Part shown: piece after piece, positions 62,665 through 64,000 of the stretch
Position numbering within the stretch: position 1 is the stretch's first letter
Layout: every line of letters begins with the position of its first letter
Origin: Mobula hypostoma
Taxonomy: Eukaryota
Length of the DNA: 64,000 nucleotides
Assembly: GCF_963921235.1 (NCBI RefSeq)
Contig: NC_086108.1
Span: forward strand, 19,406,001-19,470,000
Reading direction: 5' to 3'
Program-made: the position numbers and the translations under genes
Notes under the pieces: model-generated
What the model was told of the DNA's origin: nothing
What the model saw: the letters and a program-made list of their open reading frames with translations, nothing else
Databases searched by the model: none

Positions 62665-64000
62665 ATTAAATTATCTGTTACTTTTTGGAAGTCTTTCCTA
62701 AAGTTTATTTAAACTAAAACATTACAGCCTCATCAAAAAGTGATTTGATTGGACAGTGAAACTCTGACAACGCAGGGCAAGAACCTGCTGTGTACCTCAT
62801 AACCAGAATTCAGTACCAAGGCACTGTACCTTGTGTAATTTTCCTTCAATGCTGTCGTATTGTTTTACATTCTCTTCAATCTTAGCAAATGGGTGAACAA
62901 ATGATTACAAAAAGTGTACATATTTAAAAGAAGGCTGCATACAATTTCAAGTATCAACTTACTGACTAGAGCTTTTGCTCTCTCTACCTGATGATTAGAA
63001 AAGCATGAAGTAGAATCGGGACAAGAGTAGGTAAAGTAGGGAAAGTGAGCAGGGAGACAGAGCACACACATTGAGGGAGAATAAGAGGAGGAGGAAGAAA
63101 GGAAGCACCAGAGACGTACATGGCCAAGTTAAACCTGGTTAAGAGGAAGCTCGGAATCAGGAGATCTCAAATGGAGAGAATACAAGCACACAGTCAATGC
63201 TACAAATTAAGAAATTTATCATGGTGATTTGTTTAAAAATTAAAAACAAACTTGGAAAATTCAGAATGAAAACTGAATAAAAAGTTTGTTTTTCCTAGTT
63301 TACCAATTATTATCTTCCAAACACATTTCCCTTGGAGAACTATAGCATATTATCAAAGAAAATGTTTTACACAGTATAGAGCTATTTGGTTCATCATGAA
63401 TATGGTGGTCAAAATAATCTTTAAATCTGTTTCTGTGAGCAATATTAACAGCGCTAAGCGCTACAAGACACTGATGACATTTAAATTAGTGAAGGACAAA
63501 GGGGCAGAATGGTAAATAAACAAGCCCGATGAGAGAAACCAGAAGCAGTGATAAACCACAGTAAGAGCAGGAAACAGAACACAAAGCATCAACAATAGTG
63601 ACAGTTCAACATCAATCAGGCTGCATCACTATTCACATCTACAGGAATCAGACTTCTGCTGTCTGATTTACTTAGACTACTGACAGGAAAAAAAAGATGC
63701 AATCTAATCAGAAACAATTGCTAAATTGCCACATGCACTTTCATCAAATACTAATATAGCAGCCAAAAATCCAACAAGGTACTTCCAGTGAATAGTCCAC
63801 AGCTTTTGCTAAGTCAGTTTAAACTGAAAGCTACTACCAAAAGAAGAGCACTGATTATTTTTCAAATCAAATGAAAATAACCAAACTGATACTATTGCCA
63901 TTCAATAGAACAGGCAACTATACTATTAAATTGTGCTACAAAATTATAAATTATCTGCAGCAGCCCTGCTCCCAATTTTGCCAAGTGGCAATTTTTAATT

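Overview
Eukaryotic genomic DNA, most likely a cartilaginous fish and probably a ray (inferred from the HER1-like CR1, HE1/V-type SINEs, Rex1/Babar and Penelope repeat mix). No prokaryotic operon or CRISPR array is present. The only host coding sequence I can identify with confidence is one 80-nt minus-strand exon (59714-59793) of IMP3 (U3 snoRNP protein). It is followed by a U12-type (minor spliceosome) donor, GTATCCTTT. I could not find the next IMP3 exon in the ~59.7 kb downstream, so most of the window appears to be one very large minor intron. The rest is dominated by decayed and often nested transposons: CR1, Rex1/Babar and L1 LINE pieces, tRNA SINEs, hAT and Tigger DNA elements, a solo LTR, and an internally deleted Gypsy element. 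The most striking structures are (1) short fold-back Penelope-derived insertions with 14-16 bp target-site duplications (TSDs), several carrying a 36-nt minimal hammerhead ribozyme, and (2) a Gypsy element whose primer-binding position is complementary to its own LTR instead of a tRNA. All calls were made by eye with no database searches. Boundaries of old repeats are approximate, and most short ORFs in the supplied track are repeat debris.
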